Assembly (NCBI GenBank): GCA_963809535.1
Contig: CAWEJW010000001.1
Location: forward strand, 163,136-227,135
Direction: 5' to 3'
Source of the DNA: an uncultured Actinomycetes bacterium
Lineage (GTDB): Bacteria > Actinomycetota > Coriobacteriia > Anaerosomatales > CAVRZR01
Length of the DNA stretch: 64,000 nt
Part shown: positions 1 through 9,540 of the stretch, in pieces
Layout: the number at the start of each line of letters is the position of its first letter
Numbering within the stretch: position 1 is the stretch's first letter
Program-made: the position numbers and the translations under genes
Notes under the pieces: model-generated
The model's database searches: none
The model's input: the letters and a program-made list of their open reading frames with translations, nothing else
What the model was told of the DNA's origin: nothing

Positions 1-446
1 TTGCCGAAGTAGCTCACGAAGTAGATCGACGAGAGCAAGGTCACGAGGTTCAACACCACGAGATTCACGAGTCCGGCGAGAAGCTTCCCGGTGAGCGCCC
101 TACCTCGGGAGACCGGCTTGGAGTAGAGGAACTCGGACGTCTTGTCCCGCTCCTCCTCGGAGATGACGTTCGCGCCCAAGAGGACCGCGTGCACGGCGGC
201 CATCACGGCGAGGTACAGGAACAGGATCCCGTAGAAGCCGCTCGGTTTGGTGAGGTCGAAACCGGTCAGGCCGAAGATCACCTGTACCGCCTTGGGCAGC
301 GTGCTCATGATCTGCTCAACTGACTGCCCGGCCCCAACATATGCGGCGAACTTGGCCATGCCGGACATCACCAGGAGCACCATCCCTAGGCTCCAGAAGA
401 GGAGACCCCAGCGGTGCGCCTTCATTTCGCGACGGAAGATGTTCAT
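1..446 (-). CDS. ABC-2 type transporter permease (partial, C-terminus beyond window start)
   Basis: Absent from ORF track because it is truncated by the window edge. Minus-strand ATG at 446 follows GGAGGA. Translates MNIFRREMKAHRWGLLFWSLGMVLLVMSGMAKFAAYVG..., hydrophobic. Starts 10 nt after the stop of the upstream permease gene. Confidence 0.7.
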   Translation of the reverse strand, partial: MNIFRREMKAHRWGLLFWSLGMVLLVMSGMAKFAAYVGAGQSVEQIMSTLPKAVQVIFGLTGFDLTKPSGFYGILFLYLAVMAAVHAVLLGANVISEEERDKTSEFLYSKPVSRGRALTGKLLAGLVNLVVLNLVTLLSSIYFVSYFG

Positions 447-455
447 GTCCTCCAC

Positions 456-1259
456 CTATGCAGCGGCTCGGATGTCTTTCCTGAGGTAGATGAGGTAGAT
501 GGCGACGATGGCGACCACCACCAGGACGGCCTCGAGGATCACGTAGGAGCTCTCAAGGCTCACGTTCTTGATGATGTAGCCGGTGTCGAAGTACCTGAAC
601 GGCGAGAGGTAGCGAACCTTCGTCTGCCCCAGAACCTCCCCGAGCGTCCCAATGATGTAAACGCCGAAGACCGTGGGCAAAGTCACCGAGACAACCGATT
701 TGACCTTCGGGATCAGGACCGCGAAGAGCGCCCCGAGCACGAGGAATAGCGCCTGGACGAGGAAGAACGTCGAAGACAGGACGAAGAACGTGCTTGCCGA
801 GACCGGGCCAGTCGAAGCAACGAGCGCCGAGACGTAGGCGACGACTGAGAAGACCGCGCTCGTGAAGACGATCGCCACGAATGCGGCGGCCAGCTTTGCC
901 GAGACAACCTTGGGGCGGGTGATGGGCTTGGAGAGCAAGAAGTCGGCGGTCTTGCCGGAGACCTCCTTGGAGATGACGCCTGTCCCGAGGTTCATCGCCA
1001 TGATCGCGCCGGCAACGGAGGCGAAGCCTAGCAGATAGCCGTAGAAGCCGTAGACAGTGAAGAAGTTCGACAGCTGCACGTTGAAGGCGACTCGCACCGC
1101 CTCGGGCAATTGGCTGAGCAACTTCTTGGAGGCTTCAACGTCCTGACTGAACGCGGGATACATCCCCACCATGAAGACGATGACGAGCGCGCTTAGCGAC
1201 GCGACCCAGATGATCGTCGACTTCCGGTATGCCTGCAGCTCGCGGAGGAAGACGTTCAC
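456..1259 (-). CDS. ABC-2 type transporter permease
   Basis: 267-aa multi-TM ORF lying 3 nt downstream of the ABC ATPase gene. N-terminus MNVFLRELQAYRK resembles that of the next permease (MNIFRREMKAHR). Confidence 0.8.
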   Translation of the reverse strand: MNVFLRELQAYRKSTIIWVASLSALVIVFMVGMYPAFSQDVEASKKLLSQLPEAVRVAFNVQLSNFFTVYGFYGYLLGFASVAGAIMAMNLGTGVISKEVSGKTADFLLSKPITRPKVVSAKLAAAFVAIVFTSAVFSVVAYVSALVASTGPVSASTFFVLSSTFFLVQALFLVLGALFAVLIPKVKSVVSVTLPTVFGVYIIGTLGEVLGQTKVRYLSPFRYFDTGYIIKNVSLESSYVILEAVLVVVAIVAIYLIYLRKDIRAAA

Positions 1260-1261
1260 CG

Positions 1262-2158
1262 CTACTTCTCCTCCTTTTGGTAGTAGTGCAGGAATATCTC
1301 CTCAAGGTCGGGCTCTTCCACCTGCAGGTCGAGCAGGTCCTGCTCTGCGATGATCTTTGTGATGCTGTTGATGTGGCCTCGGAAGAGGAAGCCCACCGAG
1401 TGATTCGCCACGGCCAGGTCGCTCACACCTTCGATCTCGAAGGTTGAAGCGACAGGCTCGTCGACCATCTCGAGTCTGAAGCGCTTGGTGGCATTCTCCA
1501 GGAGCGTCTTGATTTGCTCGACCTTGATGATCGTGCCCTCTTTGATGATCGCCACCCGGTCGCAGATCTTCTGCACCTCGCTCAGGATGTGCGAGGAGAA
1601 CAGCACCGTGGCGCCCTTCGTGTTCTCCTCCTTCAGCAGGTGGAAGAACTGCTGTTGGATGAGCGGGTCCAGTCCGCCGGTCGGCTCGTCGAGGATGATC
1701 AGCTTGGGAGAGTGAGCGAGGCCCTGGATGATGCCGACCTTCTTCTTGTTGCCATACGACAGGTCGTCAATCTTCTTCTTCAAGTCGAGATCGAACAGCT
1801 GGGCGAGCTCGTTGATTCGCTTCTCGGCGGCCTTGGGGTCCATCTTGTAGAAGCTCGCCGAGTACTTGAGCAGGTCGACCGCCCGCATGTCGTCGTAGTA
1901 GAAGACCTCGGACGGCAGGTAGCCTACCTGCTGACGGATCTCCGGACCGAACTTGATGCAGTCCTTGCCGAAGACGGTCGCCGAGCCGCTCGTTGGGTAG
2001 ATGAGGCCGAGCAGGGTCCGGATAGTCGTGGACTTCCCGGCGCCGTTCGGCCCGATGAAGCCGTAGATCTCGCCTTCTTCAACGGTCATGTCGACGTCGA
2101 TGATGCCCCGGGACTTGCCGTAGTACTTGGTCAGTTTCGTGGTCTCGATCACATTCAT
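1262..2158 (-). CDS. ABC transporter ATP-binding protein
   Basis: Walker A GPNGAGKST, ABC signature LSYGNKKK, Walker B LIILDEPTGGLD, H-loop SSHIL. Confidence 0.95.
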   Translation of the reverse strand: MNVIETTKLTKYYGKSRGIIDVDMTVEEGEIYGFIGPNGAGKSTTIRTLLGLIYPTSGSATVFGKDCIKFGPEIRQQVGYLPSEVFYYDDMRAVDLLKYSASFYKMDPKAAEKRINELAQLFDLDLKKKIDDLSYGNKKKVGIIQGLAHSPKLIILDEPTGGLDPLIQQQFFHLLKEENTKGATVLFSSHILSEVQKICDRVAIIKEGTIIKVEQIKTLLENATKRFRLEMVDEPVASTFEIEGVSDLAVANHSVGFLFRGHINSITKIIAEQDLLDLQVEEPDLEEIFLHYYQKEEK

Positions 2159-2277
2159 CTCTGCTCCATCGATCTCGCCCGGTTCCCTTCACGGTCTTCA
2201 CTAGTATCCCCGATAGTCCACGGGTGGGAGACATGCGGGTGATTTGGGGCTAGATTCCCGCCTGCGCGGGTCGCGAA

Positions 2278-2305
2278 GACGACCGGCCCCGAAGGGTCGG
2301 TCGTC
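2278..2305 (-). terminator. GC-rich hairpin between the 2390 gene and the ABC operon (terminator/attenuator candidate)
   Basis: gacgaccggcccc-gaa-gggtcggtcgtc, a stem of about 12 bp. No clear U-tract on either strand. Confidence 0.3.
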
Positions 2306-2389
2306 GCTTGTGTGACCCCCTGACACCGGCTGACGCCTCTTGGGGCGCTCGCCGGGTCTAGGTGGTACGGCGTTCGGCCACGCGTCGCC

Positions 2390-2950
2390 CTACTCGGACT
2401 CGGCCCCCTCTTCCAGTTCCTCTATGGTCTCGAGAGCCGCAAGCTCCTCGGCCTCTTCGCGGGTGACGAGACCGATCTCGATCAGGTCGAGCGGGCCGAT
2501 GAAGTCGCTGGCCAGGCGGAAACCACCAGCCCGGGCGATTGCGTCGCGCAACGGTACGGCCCAGTGGTGCTCGAGCAGGAGGAGGGCCACCGCCGAATCG
2601 TTCGGAAGCGTTTCCAGCATGTCCAGCGCAGTCTGGTCCGAGAAGACCTCGATGCCCTCCTCGCCGGCCAGAGCGCCCAACTCGGCGCCTGTTACGAAGC
2701 CTTCCTCACCTGCGACGCCGAGACCGATGAGCGCGGCGACCTTCGCGCCGAACTCAACGGATTCGTCCTCGGTCAGGTTGCCGAGACGCGCGACCGCCAT
2801 GTCGCCGTCTTCGTTCTTGTAGACGACGAGAGCGTCGATGATCCTGACCGCGTTGCTCTCTCTGAGTCTCCTGAGCTCCTCGAGTGCCTCACCCTCAAAG
2901 TCAGGCGAGTAGAATCCGATGGCCAGCAACTGCACGGGTCCAATAGCCAT
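2390..2950 (-). CDS. Conserved hypothetical protein with internal duplication (DUF1269/DUF6325-like, from memory)
   Basis: Start trimmed to ATG 2950 (AAGGGAG RBS). MAIGPVQLLAIGFYSPDFEGEALEELRRL...IIDALVVYKNEDGDM. A second half (AVALLLLEHHWAVPLRDAIARAGG) repeats the pattern. Acidic C-terminal tail. Confidence 0.6.
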   Translation of the reverse strand: MAIGPVQLLAIGFYSPDFEGEALEELRRLRESNAVRIIDALVVYKNEDGDMAVARLGNLTEDESVEFGAKVAALIGLGVAGEEGFVTGAELGALAGEEGIEVFSDQTALDMLETLPNDSAVALLLLEHHWAVPLRDAIARAGGFRLASDFIGPLDLIEIGLVTREEAEELAALETIEELEEGAESE

Positions 2951-3040
2951 GTGTGCTCCCTTCATCATGGCGGGTCGGCTTGTGCCGGCCCCAATCCCCC
3001 GGATGCTCGGTGTCACCACCGTCACAAGAACCGTATACCC

Positions 3041-3184
3041 ATGGTTCGACCTGGCGATTCGGTTGCGTTCAGTGGCGAATACGAATGGAACTCAGAGGGC
3101 GGCCTCATTCATTGGACGCATCACGACCCGAGCGGCCAACACGCTGCCGGCTGGCTGAAGTTCAACGGGCATACCTTTCAATAG
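3041..3184 (+). pseudogene. Orphan C-terminal fragment resembling DUF3465-family proteins (47 codons)
   Basis: MVRPGDSVAFSGEYEWNSEGGLIHWTHHDPSGQHAAGWLKFNGHTFQ*. The GEYEWN...GG.IHWTHHDP...GW motif is as I recall for DUF3465. The upstream part of this frame overlaps the antisense gene and shows no matching N-terminal domain. Confidence 0.35.
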
Positions 3185-3314
3185 CCTTCAGCAGATAGCG
3201 CCGTTGGCCCGTGGGGAGCGAATCGAGCAGACAGGGCCTTTCGGAAGGTAGACTCGTGGTGGAGCGGGCAGCCCTTGCCCGGCGACTCCGGAGACTTGGG
3301 CCTGGGAGGTGCAC

Positions 3315-3962
3315 ATGGAATCCTTCGACTACTACGAGGTGCTCCAGGTGCACCCGAAGGCGGATCATGAGGTCATTGCCAAGGCCTATCGGGTCCTGAT
3401 CGCCAAGCATCATCCGGACCGCGGTGGTGACGAGGACTTTGCGAAGCGCCTCAACGTCGCCTACGAAACACTCAGCGATCCCGAGCTGCGAGCGAGATAC
3501 GACCGCGAGCGCGCACGGGCCTCGACGACCGGTGGACAGAGCGCAGCCCAGCAGCCGCGTACCGAGAGCAGGCCGCCACCCCCGCCGTCCGCCGGTGCCG
3601 CTCCAAGCCCAGCGAGTTCGCGGGGTATCGTGACCTACTCCTGGACCAATCAGATCTGGGTGGTGCAAGGCACGCCGAAGACAGAGGTGTGTCCTGACGG
3701 GATACATCGTCCGGTGATCTACGACCAACGAGCCCGCAGGTTCGAAGCACAAGCCGGCATCTGGCAACTGGTCGACTATCGTGATGGCCGTCGATGGGTG
3801 TGGATGTCCGGTATGTGGTCGCTCGACAAGCCGCAGGGCGCTGCCGAATGGGCAGACAAGCTCAGAACCGTCGTGGTAGGGGCAACCATCTCGACCATCG
3901 TGGAATACGTGGCATCCATTCTCGAGAAGCTCAGAACGAACCGGGGTGGACAAGGACTCTAG
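3315..3962 (+). CDS. J-domain (DnaJ-like) protein with uncharacterised C-terminal domain
   Basis: DYYEVLQVHPKADHEVIAKAYRVLIAKHHPDRGGD..YETLSDPELRARYD with HPD motif. GGGAGG sits 5 nt before ATG 3315 (alternative GTG 3309). Pro-rich linker, then an unknown Trp-rich domain. Confidence 0.85.
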   Translation: MESFDYYEVLQVHPKADHEVIAKAYRVLIAKHHPDRGGDEDFAKRLNVAYETLSDPELRARYDRERARASTTGGQSAAQQPRTESRPPPPPSAGAAPSPASSRGIVTYSWTNQIWVVQGTPKTEVCPDGIHRPVIYDQRARRFEAQAGIWQLVDYRDGRRWVWMSGMWSLDKPQGAAEWADKLRTVVVGATISTIVEYVASILEKLRTNRGGQGL

Positions 3963-3981
3963 AAGCCAACGGGGGACGGCG

Positions 3982-4692
3982 ATGGGGGAATGGGACGCGC
4001 GCTACCTGGGCAGCAGAGTCAGGGCAACGGGCACCAAGACGTTCGCCTTCGAGCGTCCCCAGGATCTGGACTACGTGCCGGGGCAGTTCTTCTTCGTTCT
4101 GCTCCGTGGCTCAGCTGCCCTGGGGACACGTCCCATCGAGCACCACTTCTCGTTCTCGAGCTCGCCGACCGAGCCCAACGTCGAGTTCACGACGCGAATG
4201 ACCGGCCACGAGTTCAAGAACCGTGTGGACGCGCTTGCTGTCGGCAACATCGTGCATCTCGCGGGCCCCGATGGCGCGTTCGTGCTGGGCTCTGACATGC
4301 GGAAAGTGGCGTTCGTCTGCGGTGGGATAGGCGTCACGCCAGCCCGCTCCACGCTCCGCTGGGCACTCGATACCGGCAGCGACGTCGACATCGTCGTGTT
4401 GTACGGCAACCGCGACCTGGAAGCCACCGCCTTCCGTGAGGAGTTCGACGCGATCACCCCCGGGCGAGTGCGTGTCGTGAACGTGCTCTCTGAGCCGGAG
4501 CCTGGATGGGGTGGACGGGTAGGACACATCGATGGCAACGTCGTGCGAGAAGAAGTCCCCGACTGGTCAACTCGGGACTTCTTCGTCTCCGGTCCTGCGA
4601 CGCTCGTGGATGCCCTGACGCGGATGTTGCTGGACGACGTCGGCGTCCCAGCTCGCCGGGTGATGTCCGAGCACTTCCCCGGCTACGCCTGA
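3982..4692 (+). CDS. FAD/NAD(P)-binding oxidoreductase (ferredoxin-NADP reductase-like)
   Basis: FNR-like layout: GQFFFVLL, HHFSFSSSP (the RxYS-type FAD site position), GGIGVTPARS NAD(P) loop. Start trimmed to ATG 3982 to avoid overlapping the J-domain gene. Confidence 0.8.
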   Translation: MGEWDARYLGSRVRATGTKTFAFERPQDLDYVPGQFFFVLLRGSAALGTRPIEHHFSFSSSPTEPNVEFTTRMTGHEFKNRVDALAVGNIVHLAGPDGAFVLGSDMRKVAFVCGGIGVTPARSTLRWALDTGSDVDIVVLYGNRDLEATAFREEFDAITPGRVRVVNVLSEPEPGWGGRVGHIDGNVVREEVPDWSTRDFFVSGPATLVDALTRMLLDDVGVPARRVMSEHFPGYA

Positions 4693-4822
4693 ACACCGAT
4701 TGCGCGGCGCCTGACGGAGAAGCCGTGCTCCTCCTAGGCTCGTCGCATACGCCGAGGTAGGTTTGGGTACGCAGTCTGCGAAGCATTTCTCCAGTGTGTG
4801 TCGGGCACAAGGTGAGCTGCAA

Positions 4823-6058
4823 ATGACCCAGAGAGTTGAGACCGTCGTGGTAGGCGGTGGCCAAGCTGGGCTTGCCACCAGCTACCACTTGAGCCAGCGG
4901 GGCCGAGAACACATCGTTCTTGAGCAAGCCGCCCAGGCCGGAAACGCTTGGCGAAACGGCCGATGGGACTCCTTCACGCTTGTGACGCCAAACTGGTCGT
5001 TCCGACTGCCCGGCGCCGAGTACCGGGGCGGTGCGCCGGACGCGTTCATGCCGCGCGATGCAGTCGTCGCCCGCTTCGAGCGGTATGTCGAGGACTCTCG
5101 CCTGCCGGTTCGCTTCGGGGTTCAGGTCACCTCGGTCGAGCCGAACGCCGAGAACGACGGCTATCTTGTGAAGACGGAGGACGCGACCATTGAAGCCACT
5201 AATGTGGTCATGGCAACCGGTCTGTTCCAGCGTCCCAAGGTGCCGTCTCTGAGCGCCGACATTCCCGCCACCATCGACCAGCTTCACTCGGGTCAGTATC
5301 GCAACCCCGGTGCACTGCGGGACGGCGCGGTGCTCGTCGTCGGCAGTGCGCAATCCGGTTGCCAGATCGCGCAAGAGCTTTATCAGAGCGGGCGGAGAGT
5401 CTACCTGTGTGTCGGCGGCGCCGGCCGGGTTCCTCGGCGCTACCGGGGGAGGGACATCTTTGAGTGGATGAAACTCATGGGAAACCTGGACAGGACAGTA
5501 GATGACTTGCCGTCGCCTCGAGCCAAGTTCGCGGGCAACCCGCACGTCTCCGGCCGCGATGGCGGTCAGACGCTCAACCTGCACCAGTTCTCTAGAGACG
5601 GCGTGGTTCTGCTGGGGCACCTCCGAGGCACGGACGGCGACACGGTCCACCTCGCTCCGGACCTCAAGGAGAGTCTGACCAAGGCAGACGGCGCCGAGCA
5701 GCAGATCACTGCAGCCGTCGATCAGTACGTGGCCCAGAAGGGGTTGGATGCCCCCTTGGAGAGCCTGCCGGTGCTGCGCGACGGCTACTCCGCTGACGAA
5801 ATCGCAGAACTGAGCCTGGTGGGCTCCGGCATCACGGCCATTGTGTGGGCGGTGGGTTACGCGTTCGACTTCGGCCTGGTCAAGTTGGCCGTGTTCGACG
5901 CCGACGGCTATCCCATCGCCAAGCGCGGGGTGACCGAATTCGGCGGGCTGTATTTCGTCGGGTTGCCCTACCTCTACAAGTGGAAGTCAGGACTGCTCAT
6001 CGGCGTCGGCGATGACGCCGACTTCATCGCGTCCGCGATCGCAGCTCGATCCTCGTAG
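4823..6058 (+). CDS. FAD-dependent oxidoreductase (flavin-containing monooxygenase-like)
   Basis: VETVVVGGGQAGLATSYHL dinucleotide fold and second GSAQSGCQIAQEL fold. Start trimmed to ATG 4823 (AAGGTGAG RBS). Confidence 0.8.
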   Translation: MTQRVETVVVGGGQAGLATSYHLSQRGREHIVLEQAAQAGNAWRNGRWDSFTLVTPNWSFRLPGAEYRGGAPDAFMPRDAVVARFERYVEDSRLPVRFGVQVTSVEPNAENDGYLVKTEDATIEATNVVMATGLFQRPKVPSLSADIPATIDQLHSGQYRNPGALRDGAVLVVGSAQSGCQIAQELYQSGRRVYLCVGGAGRVPRRYRGRDIFEWMKLMGNLDRTVDDLPSPRAKFAGNPHVSGRDGGQTLNLHQFSRDGVVLLGHLRGTDGDTVHLAPDLKESLTKADGAEQQITAAVDQYVAQKGLDAPLESLPVLRDGYSADEIAELSLVGSGITAIVWAVGYAFDFGLVKLAVFDADGYPIAKRGVTEFGGLYFVGLPYLYKWKSGLLIGVGDDADFIASAIAARSS

Positions 6059-6210
6059 CGAGAGGATGAGCTTGAGCCGGGCCCTCTCTGGATGTGAAGA
6101 TCGGCGTCATGCTTGCAGCATCTTCCAGCGGTGCGGCGTACTGACTCGCCGCGTGAGACGCGAGCGCGGTCAGACGGTGGTGAAGAACGGCACGGATGAA
6201 GGAGCAGGGA

Positions 6211-6924
6211 ATGCAAGGGTCAGCGGGCTCGGTCGTTCTTGTCGGCGTGAAGTGGGTCTTCATCGTGGTTGCAGGACTCGTCGTCTTGCTCATCGTGGGC
6301 TTCCTGCTCGTTCCGCCTGCGACTCGCTGGTTCACGGATTCGTGGGGTGCAACTCCTGAAGAGGTGTCGGCCAAGCTACCCGGCGACGAGCTCATTCCTG
6401 CCAAGCGCGAAGTCTCGACCAAGGCGATCACCATCGCAGCGCCGCCGGATACCGTCTATGCGCTCATCCAGCAAATGGGGCAGCACCGTGCCGGCTGGTA
6501 CGGCTGGGACTGGTTCTACAACCTGAGCAAGTCCTCTGACTTCGTCGACGGGCACTTTTCGAGGCGCATCGTGCCCGAACTTCAGAACGTCGAGGTCGGC
6601 GACCAGATCAACATCAACGACATGGTGTCTTACGAGGTGGTGGTTGCCGACCCCGGAAGCGCGTTCGTTCTCGCTGCCGGCAGTCTCGATCCGGACCAGC
6701 TTGGCCGCCGCTCCATGCCGGAGACGTGGACGGAGAACACGATGGCGTGGGTGCTGCGCCCCACTGCCGACGGAGGGACTCGCTTGCTCCTTCGCATGCG
6801 TGCAGACGGCACCGAGACCGGGTTCGCACGATGGATCTGGAACGGGCCGCTGAACTTCGGCGGTGCGATCTTCTCGCGCAAGACCATGGTCGGTCTGAAG
6901 CGGGTCGCCGAGTCGCTGCAGTAG
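6211..6924 (+). CDS. Membrane-anchored SRPBCC-family protein
   Basis: N-terminal TM (VKWVFIVVAGLVVLLIVGFLLV), then an SRPBCC-like region (AITIAAPPDTVYALIQQMGQHRAGWYGWDWFYN). AAGGAG sits 6 nt before ATG 6211 (alternative 6196). Confidence 0.65.
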   Translation: MQGSAGSVVLVGVKWVFIVVAGLVVLLIVGFLLVPPATRWFTDSWGATPEEVSAKLPGDELIPAKREVSTKAITIAAPPDTVYALIQQMGQHRAGWYGWDWFYNLSKSSDFVDGHFSRRIVPELQNVEVGDQININDMVSYEVVVADPGSAFVLAAGSLDPDQLGRRSMPETWTENTMAWVLRPTADGGTRLLLRMRADGTETGFARWIWNGPLNFGGAIFSRKTMVGLKRVAESLQ

Positions 6925-7034
6925 GCGTCACCTAGGATTGCGACGCCGACGACCCCGCGCCCTGCCCTCGGGCTAGAATGGGGATGCGTTCGGCTGGGCC
7001 GTGAGCGTGCGGCAACCCCTCGGAAGGAGCGGAC

Positions 7035-7304
7035 GTGGGCCTGTTTCTCATCGGAATGCTGATCTGGGGTATGGCGATCGGCTGGGTCGCCCAGATGCTT
7101 CTCGGCAGAGCGCGGAAGGCCGGGCAATACGACTGGCTGCAGGCCATCGTCGCAGGTGTCGTTGGCTCGTTCCTGGGCGGCGCGATCGGCAGTTTGCTCG
7201 CGGGCGAAGGATTTGCATTCCGACCAAGTGGCGTTATCGGCTCCATCATCGGCGCCGTCATCGTCGTGGCGATCTGGAACGCGTTTGCCGCGCGTCGGAA
7301 GTAG
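7035..7304 (+). CDS. GlsB/YeaQ/YmgE family stress-response membrane protein
   Basis: 89 aa. WGMAIGWVAQMLLG...IVAGVVGSFLGGAIGSLL...GSIIGAVIVVAIW Gly-zipper TMs. GTG start after GGAAGGAG. Confidence 0.8.
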   Translation: MGLFLIGMLIWGMAIGWVAQMLLGRARKAGQYDWLQAIVAGVVGSFLGGAIGSLLAGEGFAFRPSGVIGSIIGAVIVVAIWNAFAARRK

Positions 7305-7400
7305 GTCTCCAGCGTCTGCGCCGAGGGAACCGAGCCCTTTCGCGCTCGTGATCGGCCCGCTGCGACTTCCGGGTTCGCCTAGCACATCGGGGGACGACTG

Positions 7401-8642
7401 ATGGAACTTGTCCGCTGGGCGATTCTCGCCGGCATATGCGCCGCTGCCTACCTGGCTGGAGAGGGCCTCGCCCGGGTACAAGTGCCGCGCTTGCCAGCGT
7501 ACCTGGCTGTGGGGGCCGTGGCGGGTCAGCTCATCAGGTCGTCAGCCGAGACAGCGAATCTCGCCTTCCCGGTCCTGAACTCGGTGACCTTGTGCGTCAT
7601 CGGGTTCGTAGCAGGCAGTCACCTCGTGTGGAGCGCTATCCGACCTCGGATCCGGCCCATCGCGTTCCAGGTCGTGGGTATGACGCTGGCCGTCTCCGTG
7701 GTAGTGAGCGTCTTCGTCTACGTCGTCCTCCCCGCGCATGTTCCCGCAGCTGCGCGACTTGCCGCCGCCATCCTGGCAGGAACTGTCATGTTGGCGCTGT
7801 CCCCTCCGGAAGCGATCGCCGTCATCTCTGAGGCGAAGGCCGTGGGACCCTTCACGCGTCTCGTGCTCGGAGCCACCGTGGTCATGGACGTGGTGGTCGT
7901 GTCCGCATTCTCGGTGTCTCTCACCCTCGCCAAGGGGCTGCTCGGCGGGGGCGGCTCCGTGGGAGAGCTCGTTGCGACCGTTGGACTCGGGATCGTTCTG
8001 GCTCTTCTCGGTGGCCTTCTCGTGGGCGCGCTGCTGAAGCGGACGGTCGAGCGGGTGCAATCCGACGCCGTTGTCGGAGTGCTGGTCTTTGTGCTGTCGG
8101 CTCTCGCGGCCTTGGTTGCCGAGCTCTCCATCAGATGGGCCGGAAGAGCGTTCGGCCTGGAGGTGGAGATCGAGCCGCTCCTCATCGCCATGATCGCGGG
8201 ACTTCTCGTCGCAAACAGGCTGGCAAATCCCGAGCGATTCGCGAAGATCCTCGCCCGCGTCGCTCCATGGGTCTACGTGGTGTTCTTCACGCTCACTGGA
8301 TTGGGGCTGCACATCGAGACCCTCATCGCGGCCGCCGCTCCCGCCGCGCTTCTCTGGGCCCTGCGAGCAGGCGGGCTTTGGGCCGGATCGACCGCTGCGA
8401 TGGCACTGGCCAAGGAGCCGCCGGTCATTCGCCGAGTCACGTGGAGGGCGTTCGTGCCGCAGGCAGGCATTGCCCTTGCGCTGGCGGCGACGATTTCAGC
8501 CGAATTTCCCCAAGGCGGCCCCCTCCTCGCCTCAGTGATAATCGGCACGATCGTCTTGAACGAAGCGACCGGACCGTTCTTCCTCCGCTCAGCTCTGCAC
8601 GCGACCGGCGAGGTGGTTCCCGAGGGAGAGGTACTGGACTAG
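7401..8642 (+). CDS. Cation:proton antiporter (Na+/H+ exchanger family)
   Basis: 413 aa with about 11-12 TM segments. Composition typical of the CPA family. Confidence 0.75.
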   Translation: MELVRWAILAGICAAAYLAGEGLARVQVPRLPAYLAVGAVAGQLIRSSAETANLAFPVLNSVTLCVIGFVAGSHLVWSAIRPRIRPIAFQVVGMTLAVSVVVSVFVYVVLPAHVPAAARLAAAILAGTVMLALSPPEAIAVISEAKAVGPFTRLVLGATVVMDVVVVSAFSVSLTLAKGLLGGGGSVGELVATVGLGIVLALLGGLLVGALLKRTVERVQSDAVVGVLVFVLSALAALVAELSIRWAGRAFGLEVEIEPLLIAMIAGLLVANRLANPERFAKILARVAPWVYVVFFTLTGLGLHIETLIAAAAPAALLWALRAGGLWAGSTAAMALAKEPPVIRRVTWRAFVPQAGIALALAATISAEFPQGGPLLASVIIGTIVLNEATGPFFLRSALHATGEVVPEGEVLD

Positions 8643-8697
8643 ACGCAATGGCCGGAGCAGCGCGGTCTGGCCGCCTGCCAAGGAATGAGAGGTACGT

Positions 8698-9498
8698 ATG
8701 CCGCATAGAATGCCGCGTGCCCTTCCACTGACTGTCGTGATCGTCGGTCTCGCCTGCGTTGCCGTAGCGGCCTCAGGTTGTGCGACGGGTGTCCCCAAGG
8801 GAGGCGAGATCAACAAGGTCAACTGGGTTCTCACCTCGTACTCGGACAGTGGCATGCTCAAGGACGCTCCGCAGGGCACGAACGGGAGTGCGTGGTTCGC
8901 CGACGACAACATCACCGGGCGCGTGCTGAACACGTACCAGAGCCCCTTCGTGGCGGGTGCGAACGGCAACGTGACGCGCGTAGGGCCTATCACGTCGACC
9001 AAACTGGCTGGCCCTCCGGATCTGATGGCCGTGGAGGACGCCTATCTCGCCGACCTCCAGAAGGCGACGTCCTACTACTCGGATGGGAAGACGCTGACGC
9101 TATATGGGGACGGCGACGAGAAGCTCATCGTCTATCAGGCAGGCGACGTAACCGTTGTCGGCAAATGGCGCGTCATCGCATATAACAACGGCAAACAGGC
9201 CGTGGTCTCCGTGATCTCGACAACCACGCTCACCGCTGACTTCAGCAATGACGGCAAGGTCACCGGTGAGGGCGGCATCAACGCCTACAACGGGGACTAC
9301 TCGCTCCAAGGGGGCAATGAGATCTCCGTAGGGACCATCAACGCAGCGCAGATGACAGGTCCACCCGAAGTGATGGCGCAGCAGACGGCATATCTCGCGG
9401 CTCTGGAGTCAGCCAAGACGTATCAGGTCGCCGGAACCCGTCTCGAGTTGCGTACTGCCGACGGGGCGATCGCGGTGCAGATGGAACGGGCAGAGTAG
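8698..9498 (+). CDS. Lipoprotein with two META (HslJ-like) domains
   Basis: Lipobox VAASGC. Two repeats of the pattern ...GP...T.(L/M)AGPPxxMAxExAYLAxLxxAxxYxxxGxxLxL. Confidence 0.75.
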   Translation: MPHRMPRALPLTVVIVGLACVAVAASGCATGVPKGGEINKVNWVLTSYSDSGMLKDAPQGTNGSAWFADDNITGRVLNTYQSPFVAGANGNVTRVGPITSTKLAGPPDLMAVEDAYLADLQKATSYYSDGKTLTLYGDGDEKLIVYQAGDVTVVGKWRVIAYNNGKQAVVSVISTTTLTADFSNDGKVTGEGGINAYNGDYSLQGGNEISVGTINAAQMTGPPEVMAQQTAYLAALESAKTYQVAGTRLELRTADGAIAVQMERAE

Positions 9499-9540
9499 CT
9501 GGTCGGTCAGTAGCCCAGATGCTGACTGCGGCGCCTCGAT

